Of a stretch of DNA of 64,000 bases, positions 24,091 to 33,101 are shown piece after piece. The position numbers and the translations under genes were made by a program. How positions within the stretch are numbered: position 1 is the first letter of the stretch; each line of letters opens with the position of its first letter. The notes below the pieces were generated by a model that ran no database searches, had not been told where the DNA came from, and saw nothing but the letters and a program-made list of their open reading frames with translations. The DNA is from an uncultured Elusimicrobia bacterium (lineage in GTDB: Bacteria; Elusimicrobiota; Elusimicrobia; Elusimicrobiales; UBA9959), in assembly GCA_903889965.1 (NCBI GenBank), contig CAISZM010000084.1, positions 15,503-79,502 on the forward strand, in the 5' to 3' direction.

Positions 24091-25662
24091 CTAAGGTGCG
24101 GGGAAGCCGTTTGTTTGTGAAGCGGCCTCGCTTTTCTGCAAGATTATTTCCGGGGCGAGGATAACGTCTATATTGCGGCCTTCGAACAGCGAAGAGCCCA
24201 TGATCATCTCAACGTTATAATCCCCGTCCTTCAGTAAAGTTCCGGATCCGGCAGGACTGCCCAGTATATTCCCTTCGTTCGAGGCCAGCAATTTGCGGGA
24301 GGAAAAGGTGGACCCGTCAGCGTAGACGGTCGATTCCATATAATCGGCCATTCCGGGGCCGCTGGGGCGGGACGAGGTAGTATTGGCGTCTATATATGTG
24401 TCGCCGACCCTGTACACTAAAACTGAGCTGTAACCGTCCCCTTTAACGTCGACGGAATTGGCCGGGTCAAGGGTTAACTGTTCAAGGGTGTTAAGGGCTC
24501 CGCCCTGATCCACCACTTTCAGCGTCCACAAAAATTCCCCCGGCGCGGTCGCGGTATTCCACTCCTGCGTCTGCTGGAACTGCACCCGCCCGCCGCCGGG
24601 CACGCCCGGCCCGGAAAGGGTCTGCTTATAGTCGATCGAACCGGGAAAATAACGCGTCCCCAGGTCGTAGCCGGAAAAGTTTATCTGCACAGGACGCGCA
24701 AAGTCCATGGTTTCCTTTACGCTGTCCACGGTATTGGTCAGGTAAATCTCGAAGTTAGTCATCCAGTTGGAGGGCATGGTTTCGGAAAAATACATCCCAT
24801 CCCTGATCTTACCCACTTCGCTGATGTCGTCCGGGATCTTCGAGTTAAAAGTCTCCATGATGTGGCCCCAGTCAAGACGGTTTTCAGCGGGGCGCTGTGT
24901 CAGGAACAGCAGTTTAAAAGCGTTGTCGGAAGGGCGCAGCAGGTATTCCTCCAGGCGCACCCTCCTGCCGAAAGCGTCTACAGAATCCTTGCCGAGCTGG
25001 GATTCATTGGCTTTCAATTCGCGGTTGCGCAATTCCTCCAGCATGGTGCGCGTGCGCTCGCGGGCGCTGTCCTGCAGCACCGCCATCGGGCGCGCGGCCT
25101 GTCCGGCCCGCTCGTCGCCAAGCGGGATGCCCTCAGGCGCGGACATGCCGTCCATTCCCACATGTATCCTTTCATCCGAGGAAACCACAGCCAGGTTCCC
25201 TTTGGGATCGTTCACTTCCACCAAACCCTCGGCTACGCTCATCTCGGTGTTGCCGTCAGCGCCCACCTCTATGTCGAAAGCGGTGCCGCGCACGGCGCAC
25301 ACCGCGGAAGGCGTGCGCACCTCGAAGCGGCTCGCGAAATAACCCGCCACCGCCGCCCTGAGCTTGCCCAGCTTCAGCCGGAAGCCGGCGCGCTGCTTGC
25401 TGGTATCCTCCACGGAGAAAAGGCTGTTGTTGCCGATCAGGAACCTGGAGCCGTCCGGGAACAGGACGCCCGCCTTGGAATCCGCGCCGGTGCGTATTTC
25501 CGCGCCGACGGCCAGTTTAAGGTTGCCGTCCACGGAAGTCCAGGGGGCGGCCTGGCCGGGCCTCACATCCACAAAGCCCTCGGGGATCATCACGATATCC
25601 TGTTTCATAGCGAAGCAGGGCGCCGCGGCAAATACCATCAGTACGGCTATAAATCTTTTCAT
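24091..25662 (-). CDS. FecR-domain protein with a long uncharacterised C-terminal region (secreted/periplasmic)
   Basis: Signal peptide MKRFIAVLMVFAAAPCFA. FecR-type block LAVGAEIRTGADSKAGVLFPDGSRFLIGNNSLF ... FEVRTPSAVCAVRGTAFDIEV. The start lies 2 nt after the upstream stop. Confidence 0.7.
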   Translation of the reverse strand: MKRFIAVLMVFAAAPCFAMKQDIVMIPEGFVDVRPGQAAPWTSVDGNLKLAVGAEIRTGADSKAGVLFPDGSRFLIGNNSLFSVEDTSKQRAGFRLKLGKLRAAVAGYFASRFEVRTPSAVCAVRGTAFDIEVGADGNTEMSVAEGLVEVNDPKGNLAVVSSDERIHVGMDGMSAPEGIPLGDERAGQAARPMAVLQDSARERTRTMLEELRNRELKANESQLGKDSVDAFGRRVRLEEYLLRPSDNAFKLLFLTQRPAENRLDWGHIMETFNSKIPDDISEVGKIRDGMYFSETMPSNWMTNFEIYLTNTVDSVKETMDFARPVQINFSGYDLGTRYFPGSIDYKQTLSGPGVPGGGRVQFQQTQEWNTATAPGEFLWTLKVVDQGGALNTLEQLTLDPANSVDVKGDGYSSVLVYRVGDTYIDANTTSSRPSGPGMADYMESTVYADGSTFSSRKLLASNEGNILGSPAGSGTLLKDGDYNVEMIMGSSLFEGRNIDVILAPEIILQKSEAASQTNGFPAP

Positions 25663-25664
25663 GA

Positions 25665-26984
25665 TCAGAACCTCCATTCCATACCGGCGAAATACATGGA
25701 ACTGTTGTAGTTATACCTGTACGTCCGCTCGTAGCGGTTGTTGGAGCGGGAGGCCGCCCAGTTGCACTGCAGTTTCAGGTCTATGGAGCGATACACGGGG
25801 TAAACTGTTTCCACATTGAAGCTGTTTGAATACTGCGAGAGCTTTTGCGGGGTATAGGAGCCGTCCGATTCCTGTGCGAGCCTGTCCGAATAGCTGCGCA
25901 GGGCGAATTCATAGTTCAGGCGCAATATAAGGCCGGTGTCTATGAAAGTGAACTGCGCGCTGGGGGAAAGGCGCGCCTCGGAATAGTCGTAGAAAGACCT
26001 TATGAACTTGAGGTGCGCCAGGTCGGTGTCCAGGTGGTTCTGGTTGGAGATCAGGTTCGCCAGGCCCAGGCTCATACCCAGCACCGGCCTCACCTGGCCC
26101 AGCGCGTTTATGTCGTTATAACGCTTCGACAGGCTGAGGCTAAGCGTCTGGTAGGAATCGGAACGCTCCGACTGCAGATACCTGCCTTCGGAATTTATGA
26201 CCTTCTGATCCTGGTAGCCCACCATGGAGAGGGCGAAGAATAAGTCCGCCTTAAGGAAGCCGGGAAGGTCGAATTCGCTGTCGTAGGAGAACTGGTTGGT
26301 CAGCGTGTCCAGCACCCGCGACCCGGGGTCCGGCGGATTGAGTTCCCCGCCGCCGTACTCGCTGGCCAGCGACTTGAAGCGCGCATAGCGGGTATAGTAA
26401 GCGTCCCAGGACAGCTGATATATCCAGGGCGTGGAAAGGCCCCAGCGCGTCTTGCGCTCAAGGGTAAGGCCGGCCTCGTAACGCGTGAGGTCATAAAGGC
26501 CCTCGCCCCACTTTTCATCCTTTGTCTCGCGGAAAAGCTGGCTCTTCACGCCCACGCGGGGCTTGAGGGAGAACCCGCCCTCGTAGCGGCGTATCCATTT
26601 GGCGCCTATGGAGTTATCCAGGCTTTGCTGGAACAGGGTTCCGCCGCCTGAAAGTTCGTTCACCTGCTTAAAGCCGGTGTAAACCGATTTTGCGCTTACA
26701 TAAAAACCTGAACTGGCCGAATAACTTTTAGCGAGCTGCAAGTCCAATACGCCGTAGCCGTTGAAGGCGCCGGCCTGGTTCTCGAAGAAATACTGGCCGC
26801 CGAAGATGTCAAGTTTCCCCATAAGCTCCAGCTTACCTGGTTGGCGCGGCGCCGCGGCCGCTGGAACTGCTGCTGCAGGGGCTGCGGGTGCCGAAACGGC
26901 CGGAGCCGTGGACACGACGGTATTAACCTGGGCGCCGGCTGCCGCCGGGGCCAGGATCATCATTGCCGTTAATATTTTTTTCAA
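25665..26984 (-). CDS. outer-membrane beta-barrel protein of unknown family (paralog of 61129..62343)
   Basis: Signal peptide, an Ala/Pro-rich linker, alternating-hydrophobic strands and a terminal ...FAGMEWRF with C-terminal Phe. Shares conserved blocks with the 404 aa ORF at 61129..62343. Confidence 0.65.
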   Translation of the reverse strand: MKKILTAMMILAPAAAGAQVNTVVSTAPAVSAPAAPAAAVPAAAAPRQPGKLELMGKLDIFGGQYFFENQAGAFNGYGVLDLQLAKSYSASSGFYVSAKSVYTGFKQVNELSGGGTLFQQSLDNSIGAKWIRRYEGGFSLKPRVGVKSQLFRETKDEKWGEGLYDLTRYEAGLTLERKTRWGLSTPWIYQLSWDAYYTRYARFKSLASEYGGGELNPPDPGSRVLDTLTNQFSYDSEFDLPGFLKADLFFALSMVGYQDQKVINSEGRYLQSERSDSYQTLSLSLSKRYNDINALGQVRPVLGMSLGLANLISNQNHLDTDLAHLKFIRSFYDYSEARLSPSAQFTFIDTGLILRLNYEFALRSYSDRLAQESDGSYTPQKLSQYSNSFNVETVYPVYRSIDLKLQCNWAASRSNNRYERTYRYNYNSSMYFAGMEWRF

Positions 26985-27007
26985 GTTGCTCTCCCTGGTG
27001 CGAGTAT

Positions 27008-27916
27008 TCAGAAATTACAGCCCAGCGTCATCCGGTGGGTATCGCCGAGGTCCCCGAACGGCACATAGGCGTAGTCAAAGGAAAATCTGTCGAACTTCAG
27101 GCCGAGGCCCGCCCCGAGGCCCACCAGTCCGCTCCCCAGCTTGTCGGCGCCGCGCCCGAACTGGTAGCCGGCCCTGAAGGCCATATACTTATTCAGGGTG
27201 TATTCCGCGCCGAGGTCCAGGTAGAAACGTTCGTCGTTGGCGAGCCAGTCGAGGTCTGCGGCCGCGGCCAGTTTATCGCCGAATAATTTAGTTGCGGCGC
27301 CGCCTTTCAGCGTGAGGGGCAGCCTGTCCGGGCCGATCCTTGTCCCCAGGTTCTGCGCCACCAGCGCGGCGGTCCAGGCCTGGTTTATCTTGTAGGTGGA
27401 ACCGAAGTCCAGAGCCACCGCTTTGTCGTCCTGGGTGTCCAGCTTCTGCTGTATGTATTTAAGGTTCGCACCCAGCGCGAGGCCGGGACGCACTTCAGCC
27501 CTGGCATATGACAGGCTGAGCGCCATATTGGTGTTGCTGAACATCGAGTCCGGAACATCCGTGTCCCCGGCACGTTTCTCGATATTTGAAACCGTAAGAT
27601 AATTAACGCCGAAGCCTACTACGCCCATATTCTCTTTCAGCGGTACGGCGTAGCCCAGGAAACCCTGCGACTCGTCCACGAAGAGCATGTTGTAGCTGGC
27701 GCTCAGTGATTTCCCCTTAAGCTCGGCCAGTTTCCCGGGGTTCCAGTTGACGGCGTTAGCGCCCTCGGTCAGTACGCTGGCCGCTGAACCGAGGGACAAT
27801 TCCCTGGCGCCTACTCCCACTTTAAGGAACTGCGCGCCGGTGGTACCCACGCCTGCGGCCTGCGCCGCTGACGCAACCAGTGTCAGAGCCGTTGAAAGCC
27901 ATATTTTGTGTTTCAT
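27008..27916 (-). CDS. PorV/PorQ-family (UPF0164-like) outer-membrane barrel
   Basis: Signal peptide. N-terminal motif GAQFLKVGVGARELSLGSAASVLTEGANAVNWNPGKLA is typical of PorV/PorQ-like proteins. C-terminal ...TLGCNF. Confidence 0.6.
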   Translation of the reverse strand: MKHKIWLSTALTLVASAAQAAGVGTTGAQFLKVGVGARELSLGSAASVLTEGANAVNWNPGKLAELKGKSLSASYNMLFVDESQGFLGYAVPLKENMGVVGFGVNYLTVSNIEKRAGDTDVPDSMFSNTNMALSLSYARAEVRPGLALGANLKYIQQKLDTQDDKAVALDFGSTYKINQAWTAALVAQNLGTRIGPDRLPLTLKGGAATKLFGDKLAAAADLDWLANDERFYLDLGAEYTLNKYMAFRAGYQFGRGADKLGSGLVGLGAGLGLKFDRFSFDYAYVPFGDLGDTHRMTLGCNF

Positions 27917-27934
27917 AGTTTCTCCTGACAGGCC

Positions 27935-30900
27935 CTACTTTATTACGGCCATCTTGAAGGTGGCGTCCTTGCGGTTCGGCGAATGCCCGGACAGCTCAAC
28001 AACACCGTAATAAACGCCGTTGGCCACCTCCTGGCCGCTTTTATTCCGACCGTCCCAACCGAAGTAATTGTACTTGCCCGCCTCGCAGGTATTGCTGATA
28101 TCCTTCACCAGCTCTCCGGCCAGCGTATATATGCGTATGTGGCAGGGACCGCCGTTCGCCGCGGGCACCTCCACGTGTATAACCGTGCCGTAAGTGGTGG
28201 CGTCGATAACCGCCCCGTGACTGTTGGCTATGGCCTTGTTCTTCAGATTGAAGGGGTTAGGGTAGTTGAACACCTTCAGTTTAGCCCCGGCGGGCAGGGG
28301 AGCTCCGGATACCGGCTTTATCACCGCGAAGGTGCCAGCCGATGAACCGCTGCCTCCGGCGCGCTGCACCACCACATATTTCCTGCCGTCGAAAACGGCC
28401 TGCGGCCCGTAGGCATCGCGCCTCCTGGTAAGCACGGAGGCCAGCTTTTTGAGTTTCACCTTGATCGTCCCGTTGACAGGGTTGACGGTAGCCAATCCCG
28501 GCACGGTGTCCCACAGGGAGGTGGAGTCGTTGAACTGAACCACCGACACCGTGGCCGGGTCGGTATCGGTCTTATCGTAGGCCAGCGTAAGCTCCAGACT
28601 TCTGTCGGTGGGCACAACGCTGGAAACTTCCACCGTGTAGATATTCCCGGCGAAAGAGGAGTCTTCGCCCAGGCCGCCCGCCTGCCCGGCCACGGAGGCG
28701 TCGTCCGGGGCCGCGCCCGAGAACTGGCAGCCAGGAACCGCCGCGGAAGATACGGGCAGCAGCGCGCCGGGAGGAATTATCAAAGCCGACGGGTCCGTGC
28801 CGCTGGTATCCAGCGGGGCCTCGTTGCTGCCGCGGCCGGTACCGTCATCCGAGTCATCCCCCATTAAAGCGTCGTCTATGTGCTGGTCGGAGTTGTTCAG
28901 GCCCAGGCCGAATAACAGCTCCTTGACCACGGTCTTTCCCGAGTAGGACAAGGCCACGCCCTGCATTACGTAGGTTTTGCCGGCTATCAGTGCGGACAGC
29001 GGTATGGAGCCGTGCATTTCCCCGCTGGAGAGGTTGGTAAGCGCCATCGTGGAGGCCAGGACGGTATTATACGGGGCCTCGCTCCAGGTGGCCACGCCGC
29101 TCTTGAAGTCCTGCGGGTTAAGCACCGTGAAGTCGAAAGCATCCGCGCCCTGCTTGGCGAACATCTCCAGGTCCAAAGGCTTCGTCATCATGTCGAAGTC
29201 AATGCCTGAAACCAGGCCATCGATGGCCGGGGTGGCAACGCTCAGCGTGTATTTGCCGGGCACATCAAGGAACACCTTATAAAAGTCGCCGGGCACAAGG
29301 CCGGTCAGCGTGTAATTTCCGTCGGCGTCCGTAAGCGTTTTCAGAAGCGGCAGCGGTGCGGACGGGTTATTGCCGTTATATGTGTCGTCGTAGGAGTAGA
29401 TGAGCGCCGAGGGCTGCACCTTCGCGTACGGCAGCCTCTGCGAATACACCGTCCCGGAGATGGACCCTGGAGCCGAGAACATCGAATAGGTGGAGGTGTA
29501 AACGGTCGAGCCTGTGATATCATTTTCGCTGGTGGCGGGAGCGTAACCGTCCGCCGTCACATTTACTTTTACCGTGCCTTCGGAGAGGCCCTCAAAACGG
29601 AAGGTGCCCGAAGAATTGGTCAGCGTATCCCGGGTGCCTACGCTGTCGCCGGCCAGTTCAACCGCGGCGTTCGCTATAGGCACCGGCACAGCGGCCGTGC
29701 TTTGCACCAGCCCCTCGAGGGTGGCACCGGAACCGGCTGCATCCATGTCTATGTTCAGCGTAACGGTGGACTTGTTAACCCCGGTGCATACCCGGCTCTG
29801 GTAATGCGGGTAGTTAGGCGTGGTAAGCACCGCCGTGTAACAGGTAGAAGGGTTCAGGCCGCGTATTTCGTAGCCGAGCCCGGGGGATGAAGCCAGCAGG
29901 TCCCTGAACGCGGCGTAGCCCTGTCCGAAGGCCGAGTTGAAATCCTGGTCATGCTGGGCTATAAAACTCGGCGGGGGCACGACTATCCCGGCCGCGCTGA
30001 ACTTGCCCTCGGCATTATAAAGCGTCACGAGAGGCAGATAGCTGACGAACTTGTCGAAGTCTCCGCCCATGCCGTCATAATCCGACTGCCTGAAAAAGTT
30101 AGCCGCTATTACGGCTCCCTTTACCGTAGCATTGCCGCGGCCGGACATATCGGAAGCCGGGGAGAGGTTCACCACCACGCCGCTCGATGCCCCGCCGCCA
30201 TAAGGCATGTACACGTCGCCGGTGGCATGCGCGCCGTCTATGATCACGTTCCTGCTTGAGGTAAGAAGAACGAAATGGGGATACGGCCTGTTCGTCACGG
30301 TTACGGTGGAGGCCGAATTGGCGAAATCCCCGGAACGCATAAGGTAAAAGTCATACACCGCGGGCGAGGGAAGCGGGTTACCGCAGAAACCTCCGGGCCA
30401 GTTGTTGCCGCACTCTCCCTCTCCGCTCATCCCGGTCGCCTTGGAATAACCGAAGCGCATATCGCCGTCCGTCTTACCCATCAGCATATCCTGTATAACA
30501 TCCGAGTTCAGCACCGAACCCGCCTTGGCGGGTATGACCTTGAAACCCAGCATGGTGTTGTCCCCGACCGACAGGACAGTGGCGTCCGGGACTTTGCTGA
30601 GGTCGAGTTGAATACCGACATTGGTGGCGTTAACCAGTCTTAAGTCCACCGTTGCGGTGCTCCCCGCTATGACATTAGCCGTCGGGGAGGGGTTTGGCAG
30701 TGAATAATCGAAACTGATGCCATTCGACCCGCTTGAGCCCACTTTCAACCGGTTAATGCCTGGCAGGACATCATTCAGCGCGAAAGTTCCGTCCTTCTGC
30801 AATTGGGCATTAGAGTAGCCGCTGTTACTGTCGGCGTCTATCCAGACATATTGGTTGGTTGCGGGCGTAAACACGGTACCGTCCGGCTTGTACATGGTGC

Positions 30901-32014
30901 CGGTGACAATGCCGGCCGGCGCGAATTCCATATCCACGACCACGGTCCCGGTGGACTCGAGATGCACGCTGTTATTGCCGCCGTTCCTGTTCACGCGGCC
31001 CCAGCGCATGGCGCTTACGTTCATCTGGTAAGCGAAACCGCTCGAGACGTGCACGGAATAAGCATAATGATCTGCGCCGCTTGAGCTTACGGCGGTAAAA
31101 TTGCCGGCGGGACAGAACCCGCCGCCCTCGCTGCATTGTCCGTAGAGGGTTATCACAACCGGGTTCTCCCTGAGATCCACGATACCGGGGAATTTAAGGG
31201 CGCCCTTCACCTCGCCGCTGGCGCTGCCGCCTGCCGTCACGATGTACGTTATCGAGGAGAGAGCCACGGCACCGTCCGTAACTACAGCGCCGCTGCTGTC
31301 ATACACATGCATGGTAGGGACGCTGTTAGTGTCTATGGTTATGCGATAGTCGTCCGCCCCGTAGCCGGAGCAGTGCGCCTGGCTCCAATCCGTGCCGCTG
31401 CCGCCGCTGTTGCCCCAGGCGTTAAATTGGCCGTCTCCTCCGCTGTTATATGAAGCGGGGCCGTTGCCCCCGCTGGAGAAAGGCGTCCAGACATTGACCA
31501 TGTAGTTGCCGCTGGGCAACCCGTCGAGGAGCGCGCAGCCGTCGGAGGAGGTATTTACATTGGCGTTGGAAAAACCGGGATTGGATACGGTATGCCCGTT
31601 CTGGTCGCCCACGCAATTATTGGTGCTCCAGGAAGAGCCGTCGGGATTCACGTTAACGTTGGAATTGGGAATACTGAAACCGGAAGAAGACCTCACGCAC
31701 ACTTTTATCTGCCCGCTGCTCTTGGGCATTTCCTGCAGGATCACGGAATGATACATAACGTCCGAACTCACGTAAACGATATCGTTCGGATTAACGGCGG
31801 CTGAAGGGTCTACCGCTGCGCAGATATCCTGGGAATTATATTGGGGACTGCTGTAAGGCTCATAGCAGGCGCCGGGGCCTGTCCGGCTCCAGGTGCAGCC
31901 GCCCATGACATTAAGGTAGTAGGTGACCCCGGGGGTGAGGCCGGAGAGCTGGAAACGGCCGCTATCGTCGGAATTTACCCAGCTGTTCCACTCATGTCCG
32001 GCGCAGGCTTTCAA
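27935..32014 (-). CDS. giant surface protein, main part: repeated carboxypeptidase-regulatory-like beta-sandwich domains plus a T9SS type A / FlgD-Ig-like C-terminal domain. It lacks its own signal peptide and is probably the 3' part of one frameshifted gene.
   Basis: 1359 aa ORF that begins only at a TTG. Repeats such as SGRFQLSGLTPGVTYYLNV, SGTFRFEGLSEGTVKVNVTADGY and DADGNYTLTGLVPGDFYKVFL. C-terminus KVFNYPNPFNLKNKA...IRIYTLAGELV...WDGRNKSGQEVANGVYYGVVEL...FKMAVIK. Confidence 0.75.
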   Translation of the reverse strand: MKACAGHEWNSWVNSDDSGRFQLSGLTPGVTYYLNVMGGCTWSRTGPGACYEPYSSPQYNSQDICAAVDPSAAVNPNDIVYVSSDVMYHSVILQEMPKSSGQIKVCVRSSSGFSIPNSNVNVNPDGSSWSTNNCVGDQNGHTVSNPGFSNANVNTSSDGCALLDGLPSGNYMVNVWTPFSSGGNGPASYNSGGDGQFNAWGNSGGSGTDWSQAHCSGYGADDYRITIDTNSVPTMHVYDSSGAVVTDGAVALSSITYIVTAGGSASGEVKGALKFPGIVDLRENPVVITLYGQCSEGGGFCPAGNFTAVSSSGADHYAYSVHVSSGFAYQMNVSAMRWGRVNRNGGNNSVHLESTGTVVVDMEFAPAGIVTGTMYKPDGTVFTPATNQYVWIDADSNSGYSNAQLQKDGTFALNDVLPGINRLKVGSSGSNGISFDYSLPNPSPTANVIAGSTATVDLRLVNATNVGIQLDLSKVPDATVLSVGDNTMLGFKVIPAKAGSVLNSDVIQDMLMGKTDGDMRFGYSKATGMSGEGECGNNWPGGFCGNPLPSPAVYDFYLMRSGDFANSASTVTVTNRPYPHFVLLTSSRNVIIDGAHATGDVYMPYGGGASSGVVVNLSPASDMSGRGNATVKGAVIAANFFRQSDYDGMGGDFDKFVSYLPLVTLYNAEGKFSAAGIVVPPPSFIAQHDQDFNSAFGQGYAAFRDLLASSPGLGYEIRGLNPSTCYTAVLTTPNYPHYQSRVCTGVNKSTVTLNIDMDAAGSGATLEGLVQSTAAVPVPIANAAVELAGDSVGTRDTLTNSSGTFRFEGLSEGTVKVNVTADGYAPATSENDITGSTVYTSTYSMFSAPGSISGTVYSQRLPYAKVQPSALIYSYDDTYNGNNPSAPLPLLKTLTDADGNYTLTGLVPGDFYKVFLDVPGKYTLSVATPAIDGLVSGIDFDMMTKPLDLEMFAKQGADAFDFTVLNPQDFKSGVATWSEAPYNTVLASTMALTNLSSGEMHGSIPLSALIAGKTYVMQGVALSYSGKTVVKELLFGLGLNNSDQHIDDALMGDDSDDGTGRGSNEAPLDTSGTDPSALIIPPGALLPVSSAAVPGCQFSGAAPDDASVAGQAGGLGEDSSFAGNIYTVEVSSVVPTDRSLELTLAYDKTDTDPATVSVVQFNDSTSLWDTVPGLATVNPVNGTIKVKLKKLASVLTRRRDAYGPQAVFDGRKYVVVQRAGGSGSSAGTFAVIKPVSGAPLPAGAKLKVFNYPNPFNLKNKAIANSHGAVIDATTYGTVIHVEVPAANGGPCHIRIYTLAGELVKDISNTCEAGKYNYFGWDGRNKSGQEVANGVYYGVVELSGHSPNRKDATFKMAVIK

Positions 32015-32819
32015 CGCCTATGCCCATGTGCGGAATGGCCACGGAATTAGTACTTTTTACCAGGCCTTCCACGCTTATACCGGCCGACGCGCCGCCGGAG
32101 GCGGTCCCGTTATCAGCCCTGTCCGGAGGTATGGACTGGTTAAAATTAAGAGCGGCCGCTCCGGCATAGGCAACGGTCTGATGGCCGGCGTCGAGACCGG
32201 ACATAACATTGCGTCCTATACTCTTGTTCAGCGCCGGATCGTAAAGGTTTATATTATAGGTGTTGGCGGCGGCAAACGGGACATTATCGACCTCCAGCCA
32301 CCCGGTTCCATCCGCGGAGGAAACTACTATGCCGGTTCCAGCCTGCTGCTGGGAGAGCATATTATACACCCCGCCGAAGAGGACCTTATTGGGGGTGGCG
32401 CCGGCGAACTCCTGTATCAGCCTGCCAACCCCGGCTAGACCGGAATTTATTGTAAATGTGGAATAAACGGGAACTCCCGAAGCGTAAACGTACCTGTTCG
32501 GGTCATAGGTGGGATTATTGAACTGGTCCGAGATGGCGGGAGAATAGCCCTGGGAACTGTAGTAGATACTATAGCTCTTGGTGTTAGTCAGGTAGTTGAA
32601 TTGCGCGTCGCCGGCGCTGTCGGTAAACCCCACCTTGGTATAAGTTGACGGCCCGTTCAATCCGAACTCGACAGCCGCCACGCCCACGCCGGGGACACCG
32701 GCCCCGTATTGATCCATTATGTGGACATTAAGGACCGTCCCGGGGGAAAGCGCGAACGCGCCCCCCACTGACGCGGACAACAGGGCAAAGGATAAGATGA
32801 TTTTATTGAACGCACGCAT
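31992..32819 (-). CDS. N-terminal part of the giant surface protein (signal peptide plus first domains), separated from the main ORF by a frameshift
   Basis: GGAGGG RBS, then ATG 32819 and signal peptide MRAFNKIILSFALLSASVGGAFA. The ORF ends inside a beta-sandwich repeat whose second half is at the start of ORF 27935..32014. Confidence 0.65.
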   Translation of the reverse strand: MRAFNKIILSFALLSASVGGAFALSPGTVLNVHIMDQYGAGVPGVGVAAVEFGLNGPSTYTKVGFTDSAGDAQFNYLTNTKSYSIYYSSQGYSPAISDQFNNPTYDPNRYVYASGVPVYSTFTINSGLAGVGRLIQEFAGATPNKVLFGGVYNMLSQQQAGTGIVVSSADGTGWLEVDNVPFAAANTYNINLYDPALNKSIGRNVMSGLDAGHQTVAYAGAAALNFNQSIPPDRADNGTASGGASAGISVEGLVKSTNSVAIPHMGIGVESLRRT

Positions 32820-33101
32820 ATTCCCTCCATCAACCGGCTCCGCGGACGGCGCGGGCACACAGAACAAAATGACAGGCGCCGCGGCTTGATCCGGCGCTTA
32901 AAAGCACTATGAACGCGCGGCAAAGCCGGCTTTGGTATCGTTATTTATCTTTACAAATCTGTACACGGTCCGATCATTAACCCAGAGCAGTATACAGTAT
33001 TGCCTTGATGAGTATCAAGGACGGGTCTCTGGCCCGGTGCGGGTTCAGCGCGGCGGAAGAATTCAGTGAAAAGGGTAAATTTTCAGGCAATGCTTTCCGG
33101 T

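Noticed and set aside
24091-25662. Interpreting the FecR-domain protein as a classical FecR anti-sigma factor in an iron-uptake signalling system.
   Set aside because: There is no ECF sigma factor and no TonB-dependent receptor adjacent. The protein has a cleavable signal peptide rather than the cytoplasmic anti-sigma domain plus single TM helix of FecR.
33003-33020. Hairpin CCTTGATGAGTATCAAGG, which contains a hammerhead-like TGATGAG string, in the 280-nt gap between czcD and the giant surface gene.
   Set aside because: It lacks the CUGAUGA C residue, the GAAA core and a three-stem layout. It is more simply a short inverted repeat or weak terminator downstream of czcD.
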